Assembly (NCBI GenBank): GCA_963422265.1
Contig: OY729416.1
Location: 480,001-544,000, forward strand
Length of the DNA stretch: 64,000 nucleotides
Direction: 5' to 3'
From: Thermodesulfobacteriota bacterium
Lineage (GTDB): Bacteria; Desulfobacterota_D; UBA1144; Nemesobacterales; UBA2774
Shown: piece after piece, positions 1-11,822 of the stretch
How the letters are laid out: each line of letters opens with the position of its first letter
How positions within the stretch are numbered: the stretch's first letter is position 1
Notes under the pieces: generated by a model
What the model was told of the DNA's origin: nothing
Databases searched by the model: none
What the model saw: only the letters and a program-made list of their open reading frames with translations
Translations under genes and position numbers: made by a program

Positions 1-512
1 AAGAAGGCGTCTCAATTATAAATGATATTAGTGGACTGAAATTTGACAATAGGATAGCCGAGATTGCGGTAGAATATGAAATGGGGATTGTACTTATGCA
101 CACAACCTCTCGCCCCAAAGATATGCAGCTTAAAACCCATTATAAATCGCTTGTTCAGGATGTAATAGATTCGCTAAGGTTTTCGGTAGAAAAGGTGCAG
201 GACATTGGGGTAGCCGACAATTCTATTGTTATTGATCCAGGTTTTGGATTTGGGAAAACACCGGAACAAAACCTTATACTTCTAAAGAATTTGAAGAAGC
301 TAAGCCAGCTTGGAAAACCGATACTGATAGGCACGTCAAACAAATCATTTATCGGGCAGATTCTGAATAGAAAGATAAACGAAAGGATGGAAGGTACCGC
401 AGCTACAATAGCGATTGGCATTATGAACGGTGCCTCAATTGTAAGGGTGCACAATGCAGGGCAGATGAGACAGGTTAGCAGGATGGTGGACGCCGTTCTT
501 AGCGTAAATTAA
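1..512 (+). CDS. folP: Dihydropteroate synthase, 5' end outside the window
   Basis: Frame is open from position 3 (EGVSIINDISG), with IDPGFGFGK, SNKSF and IVRVH motifs; upstream of cdaA as is usual. Confidence 0.95.
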   Translation, partial: EGVSIINDISGLKFDNRIAEIAVEYEMGIVLMHTTSRPKDMQLKTHYKSLVQDVIDSLRFSVEKVQDIGVADNSIVIDPGFGFGKTPEQNLILLKNLKKLSQLGKPILIGTSNKSFIGQILNRKINERMEGTAATIAIGIMNGASIVRVHNAGQMRQVSRMVDAVLSVN

Positions 513-535
513 TAGAACTTTAATGGAATTGTATA

Positions 536-1357
536 ATGCTTGAGGGGATATTATTAGATTTTAGATACGTCTGGGACACGCTCGATATAGTCCTTGTCGC
601 CTTCATTATTTACTATGTCTTAAGTATTATAGAAGGCACGCGGGCGGTCCAGATATTGCTCGGACTGGTGTTGCTGGCATTGCTGTATTATTTTTCTCAA
701 AGAGGGCTTTTTACGTTGAACTGGATTCTAGGACAGTTTCTAGGATCTATAATTCTAATCGTCGTAATCTTATTTCAGCATGATATAAGGCGCGGACTTG
801 CAGCCATGGGCAGAAGGCCATTCCTTCTAAAGATGTTTTCAGGGAAGTCAAAGCAACTATTCGTCGAAGAAATTGTAAAAGCGTCGGCATACCTTGCCAA
901 TCGCAATATAGGGGCGCTTATTGTGGTTGAAAGGAACAACAGCCTCTCGGATTTTATAGAAATAGGTATGAGCGTTGACGCCCTTGTGTCAAGAGAGCTA
1001 ATAATAAGCATTTTTAATCCTAGCTCTCCGCTTCATGACGGTGGAATAATTATTGGCGGAAATAGAATACTATCTGCAGGTTCATTTTTTCCTCTGGCTA
1101 CTGATCTTGATCTTGAGAGAGCGCTTGGAACAAGACATAGGGCTGCTATAGGACTATCTTCAGAGACCGATGCGTTAGTAATAGTGGTTTCAGAGGAAAC
1201 GGGTGTAATTTCTCTTGCTTCAGGGGGCGAACTTACAAGGGGGCTTGATCCAGTGACGCTTAACAGCGTGCTCCTTGACCTGCTTGGAATTCAGACTAAT
1301 CAGTTGGAAACGAGTAAAGCTTCAAGAAACGGGCTCGGGAAGGAGGAGAATAAGTAA
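536..1357 (+). CDS. cdaA: Diadenylate cyclase CdaA (c-di-AMP synthase)
   Basis: Three N-terminal TM segments; DisA_N motifs PLHDGG and GTRHRAA. Confidence 0.95.
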   Translation: MLEGILLDFRYVWDTLDIVLVAFIIYYVLSIIEGTRAVQILLGLVLLALLYYFSQRGLFTLNWILGQFLGSIILIVVILFQHDIRRGLAAMGRRPFLLKMFSGKSKQLFVEEIVKASAYLANRNIGALIVVERNNSLSDFIEIGMSVDALVSRELIISIFNPSSPLHDGGIIIGGNRILSAGSFFPLATDLDLERALGTRHRAAIGLSSETDALVIVVSEETGVISLASGGELTRGLDPVTLNSVLLDLLGIQTNQLETSKASRNGLGKEENK

Positions 1358-1375
1358 GTTTGTGAGAGCCTCGTT

Positions 1376-2359
1376 ATGATGGATTGGCTAAAAGCACAAC
1401 TTCGATTGAATAAAAACGTATCCCTGGTCGACAGGCATATAGGGAAGAAGATACTTGCCGTTGTAATTTCTACGGCGCTGTGGATGGTGGCGAACCTCCA
1501 GTATGACGTCGAAAAAAACATATCTGTTGATGTTAACTACGCCAATTTGTCCGCTGGTCTTATTGTGGCTAATAACCCTCCTGAGAAACTGAGCGTAAGG
1601 GTGAGGGGCCCGCGCAGCCAACTTATGTCGATGTCTCCACAAAAAATGTTCTTTACTATTGATCTTTCAAACGTGTCACAAGGCATGTCTATGTTCGAGC
1701 TAACGACGGATCAGATCAAACCTCCACGAGAGGTTCAGGTTACGGGCATTAGTCCCTCAGAAATTAAGGTTGAAGTAGATAAACTCAGAAGAAAAGACAT
1801 TATGGTCAAACCCTCAGTAGGAGCACCAGCTATGGGTTATGAAATTGTCGGCGAGCCTGCGGTTAGTCCTAAGAGGATTAAGATCGAGGGACCGAGCAAC
1901 TTACTTAAACAGATTAAAACCATTACTACGGATCCAGTATCCGTTGATAAAGAAAAGTCTAAATTTACAATAGAAGTGCAGTTAAGGCCACCCTACCCTC
2001 TTATTAGTATAGTAGGAGAAAACACGGTAAAGATCAGCATCGATGTTAAAGAAAAAACCTTGGCGAAGGAGTTTAATGACCTTGATATCAACTTCGTAAA
2101 CTTTGACGGGCTTGATTACAAAGACGGGCTTGATTACAAAATAGAAGGGAACATAGTTACGGAACTCGCTTTTGAGGGACCGTTCAGTATCATCAATAAT
2201 CTAAACAGTGACGACATAGACTTCTTCGTAGATGGAAGTGGTATAAAATCTAGGCTCAGGAAAGAGCATAGGTTAAAAGTTAACGTTAATTACCCTCATA
2301 AAGATATACTCAAAATTACGAAGCAACTCCCAAAAACAATCAGGATTAGACTTAGATAG
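1376..2359 (+). CDS. cdaR: CdaR/YbbR-domain regulator of CdaA
   Basis: N-terminal TM (KILAVVISTALW), YbbR-like repeats (VRVRGPRS, PKRIKIEGP), position between cdaA and glmM. Confidence 0.85.
   Translation: MMDWLKAQLRLNKNVSLVDRHIGKKILAVVISTALWMVANLQYDVEKNISVDVNYANLSAGLIVANNPPEKLSVRVRGPRSQLMSMSPQKMFFTIDLSNVSQGMSMFELTTDQIKPPREVQVTGISPSEIKVEVDKLRRKDIMVKPSVGAPAMGYEIVGEPAVSPKRIKIEGPSNLLKQIKTITTDPVSVDKEKSKFTIEVQLRPPYPLISIVGENTVKISIDVKEKTLAKEFNDLDINFVNFDGLDYKDGLDYKIEGNIVTELAFEGPFSIINNLNSDDIDFFVDGSGIKSRLRKEHRLKVNVNYPHKDILKITKQLPKTIRIRLR
2105..2140 (+). repeat. Exact 18-bp tandem duplication (GACGGGCTTGATTACAAA x2) inside cdaR
   Basis: Read directly; encodes DGLDYK-DGLDYK in frame. Confidence 0.95.
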
Positions 2360-2373
2360 ACTGGAGACTGTAG

Positions 2374-3756
2374 ATGGAGTTTAAGCATAAAGAGCGTCTT
2401 TTCGGAACGGACGGCATTAGAGGAATAGCTAATAAATATCCTATGACTTCGGAGATGGGACTCAGGCTAGGGAAGGTGCTAACTTATATACTTAGGCAAA
2501 GTAAAAAGGCTGCGAAAGCTCCAAAGATAGTAATCGGCAAGGATACAAGACTCTCAGGCTATCTATTTGAGCAGGCATTATCTTCGGGAATAGCATCTAT
2601 GGGAGGGAACATCTCTTTTGTCGGCGTGTTACCAACCCCTGCTATTGCCTTTATTACGTCTAGCACAAGGGCTGACGCGGGGATTGTAATATCAGCTTCT
2701 CATAATTCCTATGAGGATAACGGCATAAAAATATTCGATAGATTCGGCTTCAAACTTCCCGATAAAAAGGAGCTTGCAATTGAGAAGCTACTTCAGAACG
2801 GGGATTCGGATGAGGCTTTTAAAACTTCTTCCAAAGTAATTGGTAAAGCCTTCAGGATTGAAGATGCTCAGGGGAGATATATCGTCTTTGCCAAGAATGC
2901 GTTTCCTCGGCATTTAACCCTTGATGGAATCAAGATTGTGCTTGACTGTGCGAATGGTGCGGCATATAGGGTGGCTCCGACTATTCTTCAAGAACTGGGC
3001 GCCGAGGTAATCACTATCGGAGTCGAGCCGGATGGTACCAATATTAATGCTAATTGTGGCTCGCTCAATCCTGAGTTATTAAGCAACAAGGTTGTGGAGA
3101 CGGGTGCCGACCTTGGAATTGCCCTTGATGGAGATGGGGATAGGGTAGTCTTTTCCGATGAAAAAGGGGAAATTGTAGACGGAGATAAGATCATAGCGAT
3201 CTGCGCTGATGAAATGATTAGGAATCAAGCGCTTAAACAAAATACCTTAGTAACAACTCTTATGAGTAATATGGCTCTTGAAAGGTTTATTTGTGATAGA
3301 GGGGGTGTTTTTGTAAGAACCCAGGTTGGTGATAGATACGTTGTGGAAGAAATGAGGACGAGAAAATGCAACCTCGGTGGAGAGAAGTCGGGACATATAA
3401 TATTTCTTGATCATACAACAACGGGTGACGGTATGCTCGCCTCGCTTCAGGTACTGGCGATTATGAGATTAAAAGAAACTACTTTGTCAGAACTCTCAAA
3501 GATTATTGATCTTTACCCACAGGTGCTTATTAACGTGAAGGTTAGAGAAAAAAGAGACTTTGTGAAAATCCCAGGTTTCAACGAATTGATAAATAAAAAC
3601 GAAAGACGACTTAATGAAAAAGGGAGAATCAATATCCGTTATTCTGGCACAGAGCCGATATTGAGAGTAATGGTAGAAGGCGAAGACGAGTTGCTTATAG
3701 AAGGAATCACTCACGAGATAGTTGGTCTGCTGCGCAAAGAAGTAGGTTCGAGCTAA
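2374..3756 (+). CDS. glmM: Phosphoglucosamine mutase
   Basis: FGTDGIRG, ISASHN, DGDGDR, GGEKSGH and RYSGTEP motifs. Confidence 0.96.
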   Translation: MEFKHKERLFGTDGIRGIANKYPMTSEMGLRLGKVLTYILRQSKKAAKAPKIVIGKDTRLSGYLFEQALSSGIASMGGNISFVGVLPTPAIAFITSSTRADAGIVISASHNSYEDNGIKIFDRFGFKLPDKKELAIEKLLQNGDSDEAFKTSSKVIGKAFRIEDAQGRYIVFAKNAFPRHLTLDGIKIVLDCANGAAYRVAPTILQELGAEVITIGVEPDGTNINANCGSLNPELLSNKVVETGADLGIALDGDGDRVVFSDEKGEIVDGDKIIAICADEMIRNQALKQNTLVTTLMSNMALERFICDRGGVFVRTQVGDRYVVEEMRTRKCNLGGEKSGHIIFLDHTTTGDGMLASLQVLAIMRLKETTLSELSKIIDLYPQVLINVKVREKRDFVKIPGFNELINKNERRLNEKGRINIRYSGTEPILRVMVEGEDELLIEGITHEIVGLLRKEVGSS

Positions 3757-3758
3757 CA

Positions 3759-4472
3759 ATGCCGAAGTTGAACGTTAATATCGACCACGTCGCAACGGTG
3801 CGACAGGCAAGAGGGGTGAACGAGCCTGATCCAGTTCTTGCAGCTTATCTAGCCGAGGTTGCAGGAGCCCAAGGGATCGTAGCGCACCTTAGAGAAGACA
3901 GAAGACATATACAAGATAGGGACCTTAAGATCCTACGGCAAACTATAAAAACAAAACTCAATATGGAAATGGCGCCCACTGATGAAATGGTGAGGATCTC
4001 ATCAAAACTCAGACCTGATATGGCTACTCTAGTTCCAGAAAAAAGACAGGAGCTAACAACGGAAGGCGGTCTTAATGTAATAAATAATCTACAAACGTTA
4101 AACAAAACGGTTGGGAAGTTCAGAGACAAAGGGATTTTGGTGAGCCTTTTTATTGATCCTGATCCTGAACAAATAAAAGCCTCAAAAGATATAGACGCCT
4201 ATATGGTTGAAATTCACACTGGACTATACGCAAATTCAACGAATGAAGACGAAAAAGAACAGGAATTAAGAAAAATTGAGGAGGCAGCAGAGATTGCCCT
4301 TGATTACAAACTGAGAGTAGCGGCAGGCCACGGACTCGATTACATAAATGTAGAGCCGGTAGCGGCAATTGAGGCAATTGAAGAGTTGAATATAGGGCAT
4401 AGTATAATATCCCGCTCAATTATAGTGGGAATAGAGCAAGCAGTTGGTGAAATGATTACGCTTTGTAGGTAA
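3759..4472 (+). CDS. pdxJ: Pyridoxine 5'-phosphate synthase
   Basis: VNIDHVATVRQAR, HLREDRRHIQD, AGHGL and LNIGHSI motifs. Confidence 0.97.
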   Translation: MPKLNVNIDHVATVRQARGVNEPDPVLAAYLAEVAGAQGIVAHLREDRRHIQDRDLKILRQTIKTKLNMEMAPTDEMVRISSKLRPDMATLVPEKRQELTTEGGLNVINNLQTLNKTVGKFRDKGILVSLFIDPDPEQIKASKDIDAYMVEIHTGLYANSTNEDEKEQELRKIEEAAEIALDYKLRVAAGHGLDYINVEPVAAIEAIEELNIGHSIISRSIIVGIEQAVGEMITLCR

Positions 4473-4547
4473 GCTATATGATTGGTAAATAGCCCCCAAA
4501 TCTCCAAATGGAACAGAATCCTCCCTCCGATCCTTGCTGGCCGATTC

Positions 4548-5000
4548 TTACCGGCAGTCGGAGCAAACACCATAGATTTGGAGTTTACGTTTCTTTACGT
4601 AGAACTGGTTTAGTTTTGCGATTTGGTCTAAGCAAAGCTCAATCTGAGAGTTCGCGAACTCTACAATCTTGCCACATTCCGTGCATATAATATGGTGATG
4701 GTCCGTATCAGACCTAAGGGGTTCATACTTGGCTTTGCCATCTTCAAAATCTCTCTCATAAGCTATACCAGACTCTGTGAATAGCTTCAACGTTCTGTAT
4801 ATGGTTGCGTATCCAATAGAAGAATGCTTTCTCTTTATACTCTCATAAAGCTCTTCGACAGTGACGTGCTTTCCCGTATAATTATTAAAAAATTCATCGA
4901 AAATAGCCTCTCTTTGTTTAGTTGATTTGAGATGTTTTTTAGATATGTATTCGTTGAAGGTTTTTCTTTTTTCCATTTTATGCTTAGCTAAAGGGGTCAT
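4548..5000 (-). CDS. Fur-family transcriptional regulator (start may be 4976)
   Basis: TKQREAI, ATIYRTL, HHHIICTECG and C-terminal CSDC motifs. Confidence 0.92.
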   Translation of the reverse strand: MTPLAKHKMEKRKTFNEYISKKHLKSTKQREAIFDEFFNNYTGKHVTVEELYESIKRKHSSIGYATIYRTLKLFTESGIAYERDFEDGKAKYEPLRSDTDHHHIICTECGKIVEFANSQIELCLDQIAKLNQFYVKKRKLQIYGVCSDCR

Positions 5001-5166
5001 TGAGTAGCCCTTTGATTTTAATATATTGTATCATAATAAAAATAATATCAACAGGTTAAAGCTACTAAATAGGAATTATTACCATTCATATAGCTGTATA
5101 GAGAACACAAAGTCCAGTCTATGATACAATCTTGAAGTATCCACAACATTCTCTAATCTGAATGAA

Positions 5167-6417
5167 ATGAAATTAGATATGTTTTCTTATCTTAACTCAC
5201 TCGGTCAACATAGAGTTAAACCCGGTATTGATCGTATAAAAGCGTTACTAGGATTCTTTGACAACCCCCATAGTAAAGCACCGTCGATAATTGTTGGCGG
5301 CACCAACGGTAAGGGCTCAGTCGCTTCCGCTATCTCATCAGTCTTATCTGCTCAAGGCTATAAAGTGGGTTTATATACGTCTCCTCATTTAGTAAGAGTA
5401 ACAGAGAGAATAAGTATAAACGAAACTGAGATTCGGGAATCCGATCTATCCGATACATTAAGGTGCGTTAAGGATTTATCTGAGAGACAATTGGCAGAGC
5501 CTCTCAGTTATTTTGAATTTCTAACTGCCGCTGCATTTTTATACTTTGCCGAAAGCTCAGTAGATTTTAACGTGCTCGAAGTGGGAATGGGCGGGAGGTG
5601 GGACGCGACAAATATTGTAACGCCTTTGGTCTCTGTAATAACCAATATTTCTAAGGATCACACCGAATATCTAGGAAACACGACGGATGAGATTGCATAT
5701 GAAAAGGCTCTCATAATAAAACCGGGTGTCCCCTGTGTAACGGCTGTAAGAGGAAGCTCACTCAAGATTATTTTAGCTCAGGCGGAGAGGGTAAATTCTG
5801 ACGTCCGCATTTTAGGAAAAGATTTCACTTGTGTTGAAAATAATAGCGGTAATCTTACTTATTCGGGTAAGACGTGGATGATAGAGAATGTAGAATCCAG
5901 TTTAGTAGGTTACTACCAGATAAGTAATTTGACGTTGGCGATAGCGGCGTTAGAGACGCTTTCTGATTTTAACGAAGTGCAAATTGACGAGCAAAACCTG
6001 AGACAAGGGCTTTCTCGAATAAAGCTGGAAGGAAGATTTGAGATCATTAGAGATGACCCTCCACTTATAATGGATGGAGCCCACAATTCCGGAGCGGCAA
6101 AATCACTTGTAGAATCCTTGACTAAATCTTTTCCGGGACGGAGGTTTACCTTTCTAGTGGGGATGCTAAGCGATAAAGATCACCAGATGTATATAAAGGA
6201 GGTATCTGCGGTCGCGGATAAAATCATATTTACCGAAGTTCCCTCACCAAGAACGATAAAAGCCCGCGATTTAGCAAGAAAGGCAGAACCGCTTAGGAAC
6301 AAGTTTGAAATTCTGGCAAACTATGAAAAAGCGTGGGATAAAGTAATCAGTCTCAAATCACCTGCATGCGTAACTGGCTCTCTTCATCTGATCGGGTCTA
6401 TTAAAAATCTTCTTTAG
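5167..6417 (+). CDS. folC: Folylpolyglutamate synthase / dihydrofolate synthase
   Basis: GTNGKGS, YTSPHL, EVGMGGRWDATN and DGAHN motifs. Confidence 0.95.
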   Translation: MKLDMFSYLNSLGQHRVKPGIDRIKALLGFFDNPHSKAPSIIVGGTNGKGSVASAISSVLSAQGYKVGLYTSPHLVRVTERISINETEIRESDLSDTLRCVKDLSERQLAEPLSYFEFLTAAAFLYFAESSVDFNVLEVGMGGRWDATNIVTPLVSVITNISKDHTEYLGNTTDEIAYEKALIIKPGVPCVTAVRGSSLKIILAQAERVNSDVRILGKDFTCVENNSGNLTYSGKTWMIENVESSLVGYYQISNLTLAIAALETLSDFNEVQIDEQNLRQGLSRIKLEGRFEIIRDDPPLIMDGAHNSGAAKSLVESLTKSFPGRRFTFLVGMLSDKDHQMYIKEVSAVADKIIFTEVPSPRTIKARDLARKAEPLRNKFEILANYEKAWDKVISLKSPACVTGSLHLIGSIKNLL

Positions 6418-6498
6418 GTCTTTACTTAGCAGTTTCTAGTTATTAGGATTTTAAGGCTGTCGAAGACTGACAGAAAGGTTATATAATTCACAGGTGGA

Positions 6499-7545
6499 GT
6501 GTGTAAGTTTATGCCAGAAGTAGGAATTGTACTTGATAGGCTTTATGCAGAGCACGATAACGGTATGGGACACCCCGAGTCTAGGGAAAGGGTTCTAGCT
6601 ATAGTGGATATGCTCAGGTATACAAATTTATTTGAAGAAGTGATTCACATTAAGGCTAGAAACGCAACTAAAGAGGAGATAATGCTAGTCCATGAGCCGA
6701 GATACTACGAAACAATCGCCAGAACCAAGGGCAAACCGAGGGTGTTTCTGGATGCCGATACATCAACGTGCGCCCTGTCGTTTGACGCAGCGGTTAGAGC
6801 GGTGGGAGGAATACTCTCCGCGATAGATAGCATACTCAGAGGAGAAGTAAGTAGAGCTCTCCCTATTGTTCGCCCACCTGGGCACCACGCAGAAGCCGGT
6901 AGAGCCATGGGGTTTTGTCTGTTCAATAACATTGCAGTTGGAGCAGCTTATTTAACCCGAATTGAAGGTCTTAAGCGCGTTCTCGTTATGGACTGGGATC
7001 TTCATCATGGTAACGGCACTCAGCACATATTTTATGACAAATCAGAGGTGCTTTACTTTTCAGTTCACCAGTATCCATACTATCCAGGCACTGGAGGGCT
7101 TGCGGAAATCGGCGAAGGGCAAGGTAAAGGCTACAATGTAAATGTGCCTCTATCTTCTGGAATGGGAGATAATGAATACATTAGGATATTTGAGGAAATA
7201 CTGTCTCCCGTAATTGATCAGTATGAACCCCAGTTTATATTAGTTTCAGCGGGGTTTGATACCTATTTTGATGACCCATTGGGAGGAATGAAAGTAACCC
7301 CGCAGGGGTTTTCTAAAATGACAAGGTTTTTGACCGATGCTGCGGATAAACACTGTCAAAGTAATATAGTCTTCATACTTGAAGGCGGATATAACTTGGA
7401 CGGACTTTGGGTCTCAATAAAGGAAGTTGTTGAGGAGCTTATGGATAAAAAATTATCTGATTATAAACTATCAGAAAGCAATCCACAGATCTACTCGATT
7501 ATTGAGGATGTAAAAAAGGCTTATACTGCATATTGGACGTTCTAA
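6499..7545 (+). CDS. Histone deacetylase-family Zn-dependent deacetylase (start may be 6511)
   Basis: HPES, RPPGHHA, GFCLFNN, DWDLHHGNGTQ, SAGFD and LEGGY motifs. Confidence 0.93.
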   Translation: MCKFMPEVGIVLDRLYAEHDNGMGHPESRERVLAIVDMLRYTNLFEEVIHIKARNATKEEIMLVHEPRYYETIARTKGKPRVFLDADTSTCALSFDAAVRAVGGILSAIDSILRGEVSRALPIVRPPGHHAEAGRAMGFCLFNNIAVGAAYLTRIEGLKRVLVMDWDLHHGNGTQHIFYDKSEVLYFSVHQYPYYPGTGGLAEIGEGQGKGYNVNVPLSSGMGDNEYIRIFEEILSPVIDQYEPQFILVSAGFDTYFDDPLGGMKVTPQGFSKMTRFLTDAADKHCQSNIVFILEGGYNLDGLWVSIKEVVEELMDKKLSDYKLSESNPQIYSIIEDVKKAYTAYWTF

Positions 7546-7615
7546 ACTCTCTTTGGTTCGGTGAGGTTTCTCAACCATGAGGTTTCAGTGAACTCAACCA
7601 GGCAATTCAGCCAAA

Positions 7616-8440
7616 TCAGCTTGCAGGGTGTTGTGTTCTCCTGTGATCCCCTCCCTTAAGATATAAAAATTCGCACATTTCGTAAAGCCTAGAAGCGATG
7701 CGCTCCCCTACCTTATTTTCTAAAATTTCATTCAACGTATCTGAGTCCTTTGCGATATCATAAGATACGCAATTGGTGGTAATTAAGGTTCTTTTAGAAG
7801 TGTTATAGCGCTTGGATATAAGCTGATCAAGCACGTTGAGCTCCCAGTCACTACTTTTGCCTCTCCCAAGCTCGTCCACAACCAAAACTTCTGTCTCTAC
7901 GAGAGGCATAATTACCTCATTTTCAGAAGCGCCTTCGGAGTAGGCTTGTTTAAGGTCTGAAAGTAGATGAGAAAAATCCTTAAATATGCACCGCACACCG
8001 CGATTAAGTGTGAGCTCAGAGATAGTTCCTATAGCAAGGTGAGTTTTGCCGAGACCTGGCAGTCCCATTAACAAAAATCCCCGCTTTGTAGGATATTTCT
8101 TAACGAACTCTTCCCTTGCGTATTTAAGCGCTGATTGCAGGTGGCTTGTCTTTTTAACGTCCAGAGCAGCGTCAATCTGTCGCACGTGCGCGTACTTAGC
8201 AGGAATCCCAGCGGCATTGTATAATCTAACGTTTCTCCTAATCAAGCCGCAATATGAGCAGGGCGACGCATAAGAGTAGCCTCTCTTATTACTAGCTACA
8301 ACAACTCCTGACCCGTTGCAATTTTTACAATCCCGCATGCAATTGCACAATTCTGCGACGGCGCGACTATCTTTGCCGTCAACAAGGAATCCGGCGCTAT
8401 AGCACTTCTCGCAGCCGGCTTTTTTTTGTCTTTTAGCCAT
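7616..8440 (-). CDS. DnaC/IstB-like AAA+ ATPase with N-terminal Cys-rich Zn-binding region
   Basis: CxxC clusters, Walker A GLPGLGKTH, Walker B VVDELG, ITTN, ERIASRLYEMC. Confidence 0.85.
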   Translation of the reverse strand: MAKRQKKAGCEKCYSAGFLVDGKDSRAVAELCNCMRDCKNCNGSGVVVASNKRGYSYASPCSYCGLIRRNVRLYNAAGIPAKYAHVRQIDAALDVKKTSHLQSALKYAREEFVKKYPTKRGFLLMGLPGLGKTHLAIGTISELTLNRGVRCIFKDFSHLLSDLKQAYSEGASENEVIMPLVETEVLVVDELGRGKSSDWELNVLDQLISKRYNTSKRTLITTNCVSYDIAKDSDTLNEILENKVGERIASRLYEMCEFLYLKGGDHRRTQHPAS

Positions 8441-9157
8441 TTATAAAATCTGCTTAATCTCGTATTTATCTCGAATCAACTCGTCTCTAAAGGACTCTAG
8501 GCTTTCCCTATACGCGGTATCAGTCATATAACGCACTCTTTCTTTGATTTTATCCTCAGCATCCGAAGTAATTTGCTTTCTCTCAGACTTAGACAATAAA
8601 TCATAGAAATGGTTAAGGCATTCTTTTTCTATTCGCATAAGTATTTCCAAATCTTCATTATTACCCAGATCCAGAATTTTCGTTCTTAAACATTTATAAT
8701 AATCTTTTACTTCCCCTCTTTTTTCAAGCTCAATATAATTAGCGAGTTTCACCGTGGTATCTCCGATAATAGATGTATTAAAGGCCGATTGGGCGGAAGA
8801 TTTTCCTTTCGGCAGGCTCGAGTCATTACCCCAAAGCCTGGTTCCAGATGCCGCTTTTGCTTCTCCTTTATTGAATCTTCTCGCCGTTGAAGATATTTGC
8901 TCCTTTATACAAAGTTCTACATAGGAAGCACATTGTTTTATATTTCTAATTTTCTTTAATCTAGTTTCCCCCCCCCTATGCACACCGGTATTCTTGAAAG
9001 CTATGCTGATGCCTTTGAGCACAAGCTCCCTTGGAACGTTTCTTTCTTTCCACCCTGAAATCATCCTATAATCTATAGAAGATAGCATTAGACCTTCGCC
9101 TGCTAGAGAAAGAAAATAGCTCTCTACTTCTCTTAAGTAATTGGTATCTTCAGTCAT
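8441..9157 (-). CDS. Hypothetical protein with a DnaD-like N-terminal helical region
   Basis: 238-aa ORF abutting the ATPase (TAA directly followed by ATG); LSSIDYRMISGW...VPRELVLKGI resembles a DnaD/DnaB_2 pattern. Confidence 0.6.
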   Translation of the reverse strand: MTEDTNYLREVESYFLSLAGEGLMLSSIDYRMISGWKERNVPRELVLKGISIAFKNTGVHRGGETRLKKIRNIKQCASYVELCIKEQISSTARRFNKGEAKAASGTRLWGNDSSLPKGKSSAQSAFNTSIIGDTTVKLANYIELEKRGEVKDYYKCLRTKILDLGNNEDLEILMRIEKECLNHFYDLLSKSERKQITSDAEDKIKERVRYMTDTAYRESLESFRDELIRDKYEIKQIL

Positions 9158-9278
9158 ACAAACCTATTAAACCTACACTAGTTTAATTAAACTCTAAAGG
9201 CTCAGATAGACGCTTAATAGTTGGGCATGTCCTCTACCTCGTGGGAGGTGGGATTCTCTAACACCACTTCAAGTTTGC

Positions 9279-9307
9279 TTGACAGATATACTAAAACTAT
9301 TTACTAT
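9279..9307 (+). promoter_or_regulatory. Putative sigma70 promoter of the metK operon
   Basis: TTGACA (9279-9284), 17-nt spacer, TACTAT (9302-9307), about 50 nt upstream of metK. Confidence 0.7.
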
Positions 9308-9358
9308 AATTATTCCTATTAACCGCTTGGGTTTCAAATATAAGGATGTAAGTAAGTC

Positions 9359-11802
<2,444 letters not shown>

Positions 11803-11822
11803 TACTATAAATTCCTGACAAT

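Noticed and set aside
5068-5086. Fur-box-like AATAGGAATTATTACCATT between the fur-family gene and folC
   Set aside because: One half-site matches only 4 of 7 positions in an AT-rich spacer; too weak to call
7555-7600. Short direct repeats (TGAGGTTTC x2, CTCAACCA x2) between convergent genes
   Set aside because: Only two short copies; not a CRISPR array and no clear terminator stem with U-tract
9158-9358. SAM riboswitch upstream of metK
   Set aside because: No recognisable SAM-I core, and the predicted promoter leaves only about 45 nt of leader
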